DNA of 64,000 bases from an uncultured bacterium. GTDB taxonomy: Bacteria; Chloroflexota; UBA5177; JANWHV01. The DNA lies in the NCBI GenBank assembly GCA_963827235.1, contig CAWHAE010000012.1:64001-128000 (forward strand), read 5' to 3'. Below the pieces are notes generated by a model. The model saw nothing but the letters and a program-made list of their open reading frames with translations. It searched no databases and was not told the origin of the DNA. Shown here one piece after another: positions 19,269-29,161 of the stretch. The stretch's first letter is position 1. Each line of letters begins with the position of its first letter. The translations under genes were made by a program, and so were the position numbers.

Positions 19269-21245
19269 CTAGCCACGGTCCTTGACGACCTCGTCGCCTA
19301 ACAGGCCGATTTGCACGCTAAAGCGAGGATCACGGACCTCCGGGTGCCACTCCAATCGAGCATTGGTGAAGTACTGCATGCGATAGGTCCGCCCGCTGCC
19401 GTCCATGTTCTGCGCGCTGAACTCCTCGCTGATCGGCGCGCCGAACACCTCCCTCCCACCATGCTGCCGCCAGAATCGCAGGAAGTCGCCGCGCAGCGTG
19501 TGATGGCTCTGCGGGAAGTACATCGCCGCACCGCCTGAGCCGACGGGTGACGTCGCCGTCCTTGGGCAGCGCAGGGCGCAAGAGTCCGCGCCCAGCGCAG
19601 CGATCACCGCGCCGCCCTTGCCGCCGGGTTGGACCAGCTCGAGTCGCTCGAAGTCTTGCACCAGATCACCATTCCGCCAGTAGGCCTCGTCGATCGGGTA
19701 GCCGATGCGGGATAGGCCGAGGCTGCGATCGAGTGGCACGAAGGCTGGCGCCAGGCTGTGTCGGGTCGCGGCAACATAGACAGCGCCGGGAGCGTGGCTC
19801 GCCGCCGCATGGGTGGGAAGCGTGCCGGCGAAGGCCTCCTGCCAGTGCAGGCCACCGTCCGCGCTGCGGTAGATCAGCCCCGGCGCCTTGGGGTCGACGT
19901 TGCCGAGTACGAATAGCGGGTCGCCGGCGTGCGGACCTGCGGCCAGGGCACGGATAGCCAGGGGCGGCAGCGGCAGGTCATCGCTGACGGCCAGGCGCGG
20001 CCCCGCCGGTCCGGTGCCGCGGAACGCATGGATGCCGTCGGCGTACAGGCCATATGATTGGCCGGCGCCCAGCGTGTTGGCGATCACGGCCGAGGGACAG
20101 GTACCTCGCAGGACGCCCGGGCAGACGAGCTGCCGCCAGGTGGCCCCGCCGTCCGTGGTGCTGTAGAGGCGGTCGGCGGGGAGACCGGACCCCGGCGTCG
20201 GGTAGAGCAGCAGCTGACCCGGCAGGCGGGAGTCCGAGCCAATCCGGACCTTGGCGGTCTGGAGGCCGGACGGCAAGGTCACGCGACGCCACACGGTGCC
20301 GTCGTCGGTGCTCCAGGCCTCGAAGGACGGCACGTCCTGGTGCTGATTATTGATCGTGGCGTAGAGCCGGCCCGCTACGGTGACATCGGGGATGAAGGCG
20401 GCTATCCCCGCATCGTCTGGACTCCAGGACTGCGGTGCGAGGTCCGTAGGGCTGGCGATCTCCGTCCAGGTCTTGCCGAAGTCGGTGGAGCGCTGCAGCT
20501 CGGCGCCTCCATTATCGTCCCAGGCATAGGTCTTGCCGTCGGACAGGGGACTGACCGCCAGGACCTGATGGCCATAGTCTTCGCTCTCCGCCGTACTCCC
20601 GTCGGGATTGTCTGGTTCGGACCAGTGTGCGCCCCCATCGGATGAGGTGACGATGCCCTGGTTGAAATTGTCGGGGTCGTTCACTGCATACTGCTCGTTG
20701 ATGTACAGGTGCGCGCCATCGATGGCCACGAGCGGCGCCGACCAGTCAAAGCCCGTGGGCGCGCCGGCAGGCATCACGAGGCCGTCGGGAAAAGGCAGCG
20801 ACGCCCACGTCGCCCCGCCGTCCGCGCTGCGGAAGGCCCAGGCGACCGGAACGAGGACATGCGAGGAATCCAGCACCGTGGCGAGCACGGCACCAGGATT
20901 CTGAGGCGCCACCGCGAGCGTATCGGCAGTCACGACAGTACCCTGACAACACAGGCTGGAGGCGCGATCTTGGGCGAGCCAGGTAGCGCCGCCGTCTGCC
21001 GTGTGCAGGATCGTGCCGGCATCACCCACGGCCCAGCCGTGCTGCCTGTCGGGAAAGGTCACGGCATTGAGGTTGGCGCTACCGGCGGGCACGAGCATCC
21101 TCGGAGAACTCTCTCGCAATGCCAGTCCGGCCCGGGCGCCGGCCCCGTCTGTCATGGTCGGCACACAGACGAGCAGCAACGCCACAACGGCGCCTGCCGC
21201 GATCGTTCGATGCAACGCCACTGTAGACTTGCGTAGTGCTGCCAC
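19269..21245 (-). CDS. Secreted BNR/sortilin-like propeller protein with Chloroflexi-type C-terminal surface repeat
   Basis: Multiple S.DGG.TW Asp-boxes; YFPQSHHTLRGDFLRFWRQHGG..VFGAPISEEF, QYF..ARLEWHP, LGLLG-like end. Confidence 0.85.
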   Translation of the reverse strand: MAALRKSTVALHRTIAAGAVVALLLVCVPTMTDGAGARAGLALRESSPRMLVPAGSANLNAVTFPDRQHGWAVGDAGTILHTADGGATWLAQDRASSLCCQGTVVTADTLAVAPQNPGAVLATVLDSSHVLVPVAWAFRSADGGATWASLPFPDGLVMPAGAPTGFDWSAPLVAIDGAHLYINEQYAVNDPDNFNQGIVTSSDGGAHWSEPDNPDGSTAESEDYGHQVLAVSPLSDGKTYAWDDNGGAELQRSTDFGKTWTEIASPTDLAPQSWSPDDAGIAAFIPDVTVAGRLYATINNQHQDVPSFEAWSTDDGTVWRRVTLPSGLQTAKVRIGSDSRLPGQLLLYPTPGSGLPADRLYSTTDGGATWRQLVCPGVLRGTCPSAVIANTLGAGQSYGLYADGIHAFRGTGPAGPRLAVSDDLPLPPLAIRALAAGPHAGDPLFVLGNVDPKAPGLIYRSADGGLHWQEAFAGTLPTHAAASHAPGAVYVAATRHSLAPAFVPLDRSLGLSRIGYPIDEAYWRNGDLVQDFERLELVQPGGKGGAVIAALGADSCALRCPRTATSPVGSGGAAMYFPQSHHTLRGDFLRFWRQHGGREVFGAPISEEFSAQNMDGSGRTYRMQYFTNARLEWHPEVRDPRFSVQIGLLGDEVVKDRG

Positions 21246-21608
21246 TGGTGGCTCACCCCTGTGCCCCCTTCTTTGCCTTCTACACGCCTACACGCCGGCC
21301 CTCTGGGCGTGCCCGCTTTCGTGTCCGCTACTCCCGACTGCGAGTTTGGCCAGGCATACGGCCGCCAACCCGCAGCAGCTTCGACGCGAGAACCACTGCC
21401 GTCGTGCCAGGTTGCGGTATGCGTCCACTGGTGCATCGTCTGCCAGAGCGCAGGTGGACGCCGTGCCGGCCACTGCGGTGCCTGGCTGCCGTAACGCTCT
21501 GCAGAGTCCGGATAATCCTCGGCGGTTGTCCCACCCAGCGATGTGCTCCGCGCGGAGGCATGTCACCGCTGACCTCCAGCACGTGGACTACCGAGCGCAC
21601 ACGGCGCG

Positions 21609-23063
21609 TCAGGCCGCATCGGGCACACGCGGGTCGACGAACAGGCTCACTGCCGCTTGGGTTGCCAGCCCAGCCTCGATTCTCGCGCTGTCCGTCGAGG
21701 TCGCATACCGCCGCGCCAGGTTGGTGAAGGTGCTGAAGTACGGGTACACCGACACGCCGTAGGTGAACGCCAACCCGCGCACGGTGATCGCGCTGCCGCG
21801 CACGATGTAGACGCGATGGTGATAGCTCGCCACCAGCACCACGACCTGGGCCTGGCCGTAGTCGCCTGAGCGGAAGGCGACCGTCACGCCGGGCGCGGCG
21901 GCAATCGTGTACGGCACGCCGTTGAGCTGTCCCGATTGATACCCAATCACGCCGAGCGCGTTGCCCACGGCAGCAATCTGGCCGCTGGCGAGTGCTCGCA
22001 TGGCGGCGTCCGAGAGCATAGGATCGCTGCTCGCCTGCTCAGCCACACTTACCTGGGCATTCTGGTCAGCCGACTGGAACACGCGAGCGGTCCCCGACCC
22101 GGCGACGGCAGACCACTGCGCCGGGTACCACACGGTAGACCCAGCCGCCGGATCGACCAGCCGGGCGAAGCCATCCACGTTCACGGCCGGAGCTGCGTAG
22201 CCGTCGTCGGGTGCCTGCGCTTGGATGGTCACGCTCGAGAAGACCTGCAGCAGCAACGCCCCCTCACTCGCCGCAGCGCAGTTCTTGTCGAAGAAGGTCA
22301 GGCCGTTGTCGGTGGACTGAGGACATGGGTTGCCGCGCAAAGCATCGACCGGCCGCAGGGAGGAAGGCGACATGATGACACGCGCCGGCAACGCTGCTGC
22401 CGGACCAATGTCGTTCACCGGCATGGTGTGTGACGCTGCACGGCCAAGCAGACCCAGTATGGCGTCCGGCGTGGGGGTCGGGGAGAGTCCGGCCGGCGGC
22501 GTGTGCGCGATCGCGATATACACCAGGCTGGCAAAGACAAAGAGCCGATGGTTGCGCTGGGTCACCGCCACGGTGAGCGAGCTGAACGTCGGGATGCTGC
22601 CGCCGACCAGCAGCACGGTGTCGACCTGAAAGGGGAGCCCGTTGACCACCACGCGCTTGGTCTGGCCGTACTCGCTGGCCGGCAGGTCCTTCTTATAGAT
22701 GAGGAGGGGTGTCCCATGTTCCTGGGCGATCAGCCGCGCGGCGACACCTTGCAGCTCACTGTCCGAGAACACCTTCGACCCCGTGGGTGCCACCATCACC
22801 CCGAGCGCTGCTTGATGGTCGGGCGTCATGATCGTGATGTCGGCAGCAGGGCCGTTTGGCGTCCACCGGACGCCTGGAATGCGCTGCAGCTGCTGCGGAA
22901 TCAGCAGCGCATAGCCGTGGACCGTACTGGCGTAGCGCACATCGCCGCTCGCTGCCCGCACCGGCCCGGGAGATGGGAGCAGCACAGCAAGCGGACTTAC
23001 AGCGATCGCGAGCAGCGCCGCAGCCCAGACAAGCCAACGCAGACGACGGGGATCAGCGTGCAT
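21609..23063 (-). CDS. Secreted hypothetical protein (two loosely similar domains)
   Basis: Signal peptide; GGAGG RBS; long ORF with coding-like codon usage. Confidence 0.75.
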   Translation of the reverse strand: MHADPRRLRWLVWAAALLAIAVSPLAVLLPSPGPVRAASGDVRYASTVHGYALLIPQQLQRIPGVRWTPNGPAADITIMTPDHQAALGVMVAPTGSKVFSDSELQGVAARLIAQEHGTPLLIYKKDLPASEYGQTKRVVVNGLPFQVDTVLLVGGSIPTFSSLTVAVTQRNHRLFVFASLVYIAIAHTPPAGLSPTPTPDAILGLLGRAASHTMPVNDIGPAAALPARVIMSPSSLRPVDALRGNPCPQSTDNGLTFFDKNCAAASEGALLLQVFSSVTIQAQAPDDGYAAPAVNVDGFARLVDPAAGSTVWYPAQWSAVAGSGTARVFQSADQNAQVSVAEQASSDPMLSDAAMRALASGQIAAVGNALGVIGYQSGQLNGVPYTIAAAPGVTVAFRSGDYGQAQVVVLVASYHHRVYIVRGSAITVRGLAFTYGVSVYPYFSTFTNLARRYATSTDSARIEAGLATQAAVSLFVDPRVPDAA

Positions 23064-23487
23064 CGTTCCTCCCTCTGCCGCGCTCTTCGGCACCAGGCGC
23101 GACCATCACCACCGGCAATCAACCGCGTTTCCGGACCCGGGTCTTGGCACTATCATACTACCGGCCTCATGCGGTGATCACGCCTGGGCACGCACACCGA
23201 CTCGCGCATCCAGAGCAGCCGGCTGTGTGCTGCGGACTCGGGTCATCACCGGTATTCGCGGTGGCGTCAACGCTACGAGGTGCGCAGCTGCCGCTCGTTC
23301 CCGTCAGTGCTCCGTCAGCCCGCATCCGCACGGTCTCTGGGTCGAACGGATCCATAGAAAAGGAAATGCCGGTCTGCACGCCGATCACGTCTCCGATCGC
23401 TCCGCCATCGATCAAGGGCACGAACGCGTATGCCGCGGACCTCTCGCCCGTCCTCCGTGGCGGACGTGCGCACGGGCATGAGTGCCT

Positions 23488-23520
23488 GTTCACAGATCGT
23501 TTGCAAATCGTTCACAGGTC
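23488..23520 (+). promoter_or_regulatory. Three 11-bp direct repeats GTTCACAGATC/GTTTGCAAATC/GTTCACAGGTC (winged-helix regulator-type site)
   Basis: Exact 11-bp periodicity ~95 bp upstream of the gene at 23614. Confidence 0.55.
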
Positions 23521-23613
23521 ATCACGCTGCGGTTATGGCACGGTAATCAGCCACCACTACGATGTCGGCAGTGCATCAGATCCGGTGCGCACAGGTCGAA
23601 AGGAACGAGGACA

Positions 23614-24186
23614 ATGAAGCGAGGCACTGCCAGGCGCGTGTTTCTTGGGGTAGTTCTGACCACCGCGGTGGCCGTGGCCGCGTCCACTGCCGTGAGCAAC
23701 CCGGTTCCTGCCGCGCATGCCGGCAGCGGCTGCAGCGGGCTGCTCCAGGGCTTGCAGTCGTGGGTGGAAACCCCGGGACAGGACATGAGCACCAACGTTG
23801 CTGACTTTGAGCTCGTCTCCAGCCGGGGGGACAACCACTACGCGTCCTACACCACGGGCAGTCTGTCGCTTGATGGAAACGCGTTGACCACCGCCTACCT
23901 GCCGTTCGGTGCAACGAGCGGCACGCAGTATTTCAGCGACCGCGCCTACAGGAGTAGCAATGGGTGGCAACCCTTCGAGGCCCAGGCAACCGACCGGCTA
24001 GGCGTCTCGATCAATACCGCTACCGGCGCCACCACGCTGACGCTCCTCAGCTGGGGCAACGGGAAGGTGCGAATCCCGACCATGCAGTGCAGCGATGGCG
24101 TGATGTACGGGTTCAGCTCCGATACGACGCACTCCCTGTATGCCTTCAGCTTCTCCGAGGGCAACGTACCGCAGGAACCCAAGTAG
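23614..24186 (+). CDS. Secreted hypothetical protein
   Basis: MKRGTARRVFLG signal peptide (AHA cleavage); GAGG RBS. Confidence 0.75.
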   Translation: MKRGTARRVFLGVVLTTAVAVAASTAVSNPVPAAHAGSGCSGLLQGLQSWVETPGQDMSTNVADFELVSSRGDNHYASYTTGSLSLDGNALTTAYLPFGATSGTQYFSDRAYRSSNGWQPFEAQATDRLGVSINTATGATTLTLLSWGNGKVRIPTMQCSDGVMYGFSSDTTHSLYAFSFSEGNVPQEPK

Positions 24187-24353
24187 CCTCTGGGGGACGA
24201 GGGCATCTTGGTGAGCAACCCTCGCCTGGTCGAGGCACGCTGATTCCCATCCACGAGAGTTCACGGGAGGGCCGCGCCGCCGACATGCAGCGCGGCCTCG
24301 CCGTCGATGCCGGCTGCGCCGACAGGCATTGCCACGTTGGTACCGGCGGCGGC

Positions 24354-25092
24354 GATCAGGGCGGTATCGCGGTAGGCGAGTGCATGGAAATGGAAGGCCG
24401 CTGTGCGCGCAACGACCCTCTGGCGAACCCGCCCGAGCGGCAGATCAGCCTCGTTCGGCGCGCACGCGAGGGGCGCATGTGTGCACCCTCCGCGACGAGT
24501 AATTGGCGCGAATGGCGTGAGCGGCAGCACCGTCGAGGACGACCCCGCCGACGCCCTGGTCTCCGCGGAGGCGATTCTACAGCTTGTACCCGATCATGCG
24601 CAGGAAGTCTTTGCGTTGCACCTTGGCCGCTTCGTCCTCGATGCCCAACGGCGACTGACCGTCTATCACGCCCACAATGCCCCGCCCTTGTTCGGTCTCT
24701 GCCACGATGACCTGGAGCGGGTTGGCCGTCGCGCAGAAGATACGGCACACCTCGGGCACGTTCTTGACGGCATTCAGCACGTTAATCGGGAAGGCATTCC
24801 CCAGGAAGATGATAAACGCGTGCCCCGCGCCGATCGCTTGAGCCGTCCTCTCAGCCAAGCCAGTCAGCTCTGCATCAGTGCCGGCTGACCGCACGAGCCG
24901 CGGGCCGGATGCCTCGCAGAAAGCCAGGCCGAACTTGATCCCAGGCACACTGTTGACCACTGCCTCAAAGACATCTTCGATGGTTTTGATGAAGTTGCTT
25001 TGCCCGAGGATGAGATTGAGGTCCGGGTCAGGTCTTTCGATAGGGACAAGAGAGAGCTGGACAGGCATATGACCTCCGAAAGCTGTGGCAAT
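24354..25092. repeat. 739-bp duplicate of 35723-36461
   Basis: Same length; no differences seen in the stretches compared; ORF translations within the repeat are identical. Confidence 0.95.
24577..25068 (-). CDS. COG1839 / adenosine-specific kinase family protein, copy 1
   Basis: NLILGQSNFIKT.ED, FGLAFCEASG, IGAGH, FPINVLN..K.VPEVC.IFCATANP, RG..GVIDG, LR.IGYKL. Confidence 0.92.
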   Translation of the reverse strand: MPVQLSLVPIERPDPDLNLILGQSNFIKTIEDVFEAVVNSVPGIKFGLAFCEASGPRLVRSAGTDAELTGLAERTAQAIGAGHAFIIFLGNAFPINVLNAVKNVPEVCRIFCATANPLQVIVAETEQGRGIVGVIDGQSPLGIEDEAAKVQRKDFLRMIGYKL

Positions 25093-25149
25093 GCATGTCC
25101 TTCTCCTTCCTGCGCGGCGCCGGGCACAAGCAACCCGGCGCACGACACT

Positions 25150-25300
25150 GCCGTCGTGGCAGAGTTCACCAGTTGCTCGCTGCAGTCCAACGGTGACCAG
25201 ACAAGAGCGGGCGTCGGCAAGAGAGGAGCGGTTTCGCCGCTCGCGGTTCTTGAGGCGTCGGAGCCTTTCTCGGGCTGCAGGTCAGCGCATCCACTACGGC
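25150..25300 (-). ncRNA. c-di-GMP-II-like riboswitch variant, copy 4
   Basis: Same 151-nt fold; P1 GCCGUAGUGG/CCACGACGGC; TATAAT 25304-25309; pocket strand GGUGAACUCUGCC. Confidence 0.65.
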
Positions 25301-25747
25301 TCGATTATAGGGCCGCATGTGCGCTCTGCCCATGAACAGTCCATCGCACAGTAGCGTGCACAGTTGCCGGAGCGACCACGATGAGCTCCAGGCACCACGG
25401 TTCTCAGGCGCCTCGACTTACCCCATCACAGCAGTGTCGACCACGGCCACCCCTCCGGCTCCGACCGGCACGCCGACGATCTGGGTGCCTACGGCTGCAA
25501 GACGCAATTCATCGGCCCCAGCCTCGCGACAGGCTTGTGGCCGCACCGCGTGGTGCCTACATCGTGAGCAAGGTTGACAATGCATCTGCATGCAAGGGCC
25601 CGGTATGACCCACATCGTATAGACGTGAACGACTTCGCATCTTCATGCACTTGCTCGTGCGCCGGACGAGGCGCTCGGCAACGACGGCACTTTCGGGCGA
25701 CCCGACCCGACCATTGCGCCGTGCGCTCGAATTGGGGGCCACTCCAG

Positions 25748-25776
25748 ATCCTGTTCGCATGGCGCGCGAACAGGAT
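25748..25776. terminator. 11-bp stem hairpin ATCCTGTTCGC...GCGAACAGGAT
   Basis: Perfect inverted repeat without a U-tract. Confidence 0.3.
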
Positions 25777-26111
25777 GCGATAGTTGCCGGCCATCACATG
25801 CAGCGCGAGGAGGACTAGCAGGCAGCGGACGTCTCGACCGACTTCAAACCGCAGTGTCCCACACATAGCACAGGTACGGACTCCAGTGACACACGCGGGA
25901 CTCCGCGTATGTTGCTCGACCGATCTGTGTACAAACCTATTGACAGACGATGCAGGCTGCCCATATGAAGCGTAACTTTTTCCACACAGCGGCGTTCTCT
26001 TAGTAGGTCCGCTGTTCCGCGAAGAGAGCGCTGCCGGAATGTGCGTCACACCACAGCTGAGCTACGCGAGGACACACGGCGCCGCCGAGAACGAGTTGGG
26101 AGTGCGCGAGG

Positions 26112-27578
26112 ATGTCTGGAGTCTGGCGCTCATGTGTCGTGTTCGTGACGCTGCTGGGGGTCGCCGTTTACGGCACCTCTGTCCTGGTGCCGGCCGGAGT
26201 GCGCGCGGCGCCTCATGCAACACTGCTCCTGCAGCCAACGCTCCTGGTCGCGCGGGTCGGTGCCGGTAGGCAGGCAGCCTTGTTCGTCCACGCCCCCGCG
26301 TTCACGCAGCTGCGGTTATCGCTCACGTATCCGGGAGGCGCCTCGTCCCACCTGGAGGGCACAACCGACGGCCAGGGACGCTATGTCTTTTCGTGGGTCG
26401 TACCGGCCAATCTGCGGCAAAGCGGCACGGCGCGGCTGCAGTTGATCGCTCAGCGTGGTGGCCGGGTCGGCCGCTGGCTGGGCGCGCTGCCCGTGCGTAA
26501 AGCCTACGCGCCGCCGTTGTTTGTCGTGCCGCTCGCCCCGCGCGTGCTGGCCGGCACGCCGGTCGAGATCTTCGTGAGCACCGCGCCCACGACACCTATC
26601 AGTTACAGCCTTTCGGTACAAGGTGGCGCAACGATCAGCCGTGGCAGGGCGAGAACTGACGCGCGCGGTCGCTTCGTGGTGAGCGTGCCCGACCGCTACC
26701 TTCCGCACCGCGCAGTCGTCGTGCTGGCGACTATTACCGTCACGACGCCGGCGGGAGCGCGTACCGCGCAGACACGTCTGACCCTGTTGCCGCGCCCACC
26801 ACTGCCGCTGACCGTCACGCTTGCCCACAAGGCCGTGCGTGTCGGCCAGTCCTGGTCGGTGCAGGTGTCGAGCACGCCGCACACACGGGTGAGCCTGACC
26901 GTCATCCTGAACCACACGGTGCTGGCACGGGGCAGTGGCATCACCAATGCGAAGGGACGATGGACGTATACGACCGCCATCACCACCGCACTCACGCGGG
27001 TCACGGCAGCACGCATCGTCGTGTACGCTCAGCATGGTATCGACCAAAGCAGGGGCCGAATCGTTGTTCTGCTGCAACCAGGTCAGCCTGGAATTCCTGA
27101 CCGCCTCTCCAGCGCCGGCAACCCCTCACCCAACTTGGCGCGGTATTTCGACACGCTACCCGACAAGGTCATCATGGTCTCGGTAGCCACGACTGGCCAG
27201 ACCTTGCGCGCTTACCAGGATGGCGTCCTCGTGCACGAAGACTACGTGACCACCGGCGAGCCACAGCTCCCCACGCCGCCCGGCATCTACCACGTGCAGG
27301 CCAAGTACTCGCCCTACGAGTTTATCTCGCCCTGGCCTCCCGGCTCTCCCTTCTACTATCCGCCCAGTTGGACCCACTTCGCCATGTTGTTCCGGGAAGG
27401 GGGCTACTTCCTGCATGATGCGCCTTGGCGTGCCGTCTATGGTCCGGGCACAAACCTGCCCCACGCCAGCGACCCGGGCGAGCCCATCGGCACACACGGC
27501 TGCGTGAATCTTCCCTACCCGGACATGGTCTGGCTGTGGAACTGGACGCCGATCGGCACGACCGTCGTGGTGTATTGA
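26112..27578 (+). CDS. L,D-transpeptidase (YkuD) with N-terminal Ig-like modules
   Basis: TTGEP.LPTPPG.Y, GYFLHDAPWR, THGCVNL, W.W...GTTVVVY. Confidence 0.9.
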   Translation: MSGVWRSCVVFVTLLGVAVYGTSVLVPAGVRAAPHATLLLQPTLLVARVGAGRQAALFVHAPAFTQLRLSLTYPGGASSHLEGTTDGQGRYVFSWVVPANLRQSGTARLQLIAQRGGRVGRWLGALPVRKAYAPPLFVVPLAPRVLAGTPVEIFVSTAPTTPISYSLSVQGGATISRGRARTDARGRFVVSVPDRYLPHRAVVVLATITVTTPAGARTAQTRLTLLPRPPLPLTVTLAHKAVRVGQSWSVQVSSTPHTRVSLTVILNHTVLARGSGITNAKGRWTYTTAITTALTRVTAARIVVYAQHGIDQSRGRIVVLLQPGQPGIPDRLSSAGNPSPNLARYFDTLPDKVIMVSVATTGQTLRAYQDGVLVHEDYVTTGEPQLPTPPGIYHVQAKYSPYEFISPWPPGSPFYYPPSWTHFAMLFREGGYFLHDAPWRAVYGPGTNLPHASDPGEPIGTHGCVNLPYPDMVWLWNWTPIGTTVVVY

Positions 27579-27579
27579 G

Positions 27580-27710
27580 TGCTGTCCGCTGCCAAGATGC
27601 TCGCGCATCTGGAGGATGCCGTCGGCACACTTTCGCTGAAGCTTACCCAGGACGAGGTCGCCTGCCTGGAAGCGCCTTACGTGCCGCATCACATCACCGG
27701 CCAGCAGTAA
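27580..27710 (+). pseudogene. C-terminal shard of an aldo/keto reductase
   Basis: Reads AKMLAHLEDAVGTLSLKLTQDEVACLEAPYVPHHITGQQ*, a typical AKR tail. Confidence 0.7.
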
Positions 27711-28004
27711 CGGGACGGCTTTCCACAGACTGTCCGCCGTGGACCGCAGCCAGAGGCGGCAGGCGACCCACGGAGCGGTACGGACATCCAGATCGGCAAG
27801 GGTGGAATGCACGAGCATGACCAATCGGAAACCGCCGCTGCAGGCTGCCCCGCCCGCTGATCCGCCGAGATGGCAGACACGCGCCCATACCGGGCTCGTC
27901 AGATGGCCCCGAAGGTACACCGTCGGTGCATGCGCTTCGTGCTACCGCCGTAGCGACATCTTCGCGAAAGTAGGACAATTGATGCAGAGAGGGAGATTGC
28001 GATC

Positions 28005-28937
28005 ATGAATACTCCGACCAGACCCAGCGGCACCCTCCCCACCGTGTGGCCGTCCCTGCCCTACGCGGCATGGAAGGAGACCTGCACGACGCTGCAACTC
28101 TGGACCCAGATCGTGGGCAAGGTGCAGCTCGCGCTCACCCCGTTCCTCAACGAGTGGTGGAACGTCGCCTTCCACCTGACGGCGCGCGGCATGACGACGG
28201 GCCTGATCCCCTATCGGGATCAGGCCTTTGAGATGCGGTTTGATTTCATCGACCACAAGCTCAGCATCGACACCGACGCGGGAGCGACCAAGACGCTCTC
28301 CCTGGTGCCTCGCACGGTCGCCGCTTTCTACGCCGAGGTCATGGGTGCGCTGCAGGCACTCGACATCACCGTCGCCATCAATCCCGTGCCCTGTGAGGTA
28401 CCCAACCCCATCCCCTGCGACGTCAATGAGACGCATGCCTCGTACGATGCGGCCTACGTCACCCGCTGGTGGCGAATTCAGCTGCACATTGCCAGGGTGC
28501 TGCAGGTCCACCGCTCCTCCTTCGCCGGCAAGAGCAGCCCCATCCAGTTCTTCTGGGGCTCCTTCGACTTGAACCACACGCGCTTTTCTGGTCGGCCCGC
28601 CCCGGTTCCACAAGGGATGCCGCGATTCTTTCAGCTCGCGGAGGACCAAGAGAATGTGGCCTGCGGCTTCTGGCCCGGCAATCCTAACTTTGCCGGCGTG
28701 GAAGTGGGCGAGCCCGCCTTCTACGCCTACATCTACCCGGAGCCGGCCGGCTTCAAGTCGGCGCCGGTGCGGCCGGATGCGGCACACTATGACGCCAGGC
28801 TCGGCGAGTTCATCCTGCCCTACGAAGACGTGCGCCGTGCCGCCGAGCCGGAGCGGGCACTCCTGGAGTTCTTTCAGAGCGCGTACGCGGCCGCGGCGGA
28901 CCTGGCAGGGTGGGACCGCGCGGCGCTGGAGCGCTAA
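28005..28937 (+). CDS. DUF5996-family protein
   Basis: W..T..TL.LW.QIVGK, F.GKSSP..FFWGSFDL..TRFSGR, GFWPG, P.FY.Y.YPEP. Confidence 0.88.
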   Translation: MNTPTRPSGTLPTVWPSLPYAAWKETCTTLQLWTQIVGKVQLALTPFLNEWWNVAFHLTARGMTTGLIPYRDQAFEMRFDFIDHKLSIDTDAGATKTLSLVPRTVAAFYAEVMGALQALDITVAINPVPCEVPNPIPCDVNETHASYDAAYVTRWWRIQLHIARVLQVHRSSFAGKSSPIQFFWGSFDLNHTRFSGRPAPVPQGMPRFFQLAEDQENVACGFWPGNPNFAGVEVGEPAFYAYIYPEPAGFKSAPVRPDAAHYDARLGEFILPYEDVRRAAEPERALLEFFQSAYAAAADLAGWDRAALER

Positions 28938-29050
28938 CGAGATGCGCCGCGCGAAGGGCTCTCGTGTGGAACACAAGTGCCGTTGAGCGCGATGCTCGTA
29001 GGCGCCAACGTGTGAGGAGCACATGTGGACGCCAACACCCGCACCAGGAC

Positions 29051-29084
29051 GGCCGTGACATCCCAGTGCCGGGATGTCACGGCC
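29051..29084. promoter_or_regulatory. 14-bp perfect inverted repeat (operator or hairpin) upstream of the VOC gene
   Basis: GGCCGTGACATCCC-AGTGCC-GGGATGTCACGGCC followed by TACACT at 29091. Confidence 0.5.
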
Positions 29085-29161
29085 ACGATCTACACTGGCT
29101 GCGTAGGCCGTACGCCGGCCCCCCGACATGGACTGGTAGGTTACAAGAGGAGGAATGCCCA

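Noticed and set aside
8721-25094. Shared CAATGCA at two cassette-cargo junctions as a recombination site
   Set aside because: The donor at 36461 shares only ~1 nt of overlap, other junctions lack the motif, and TGCA is already part of the cassette.
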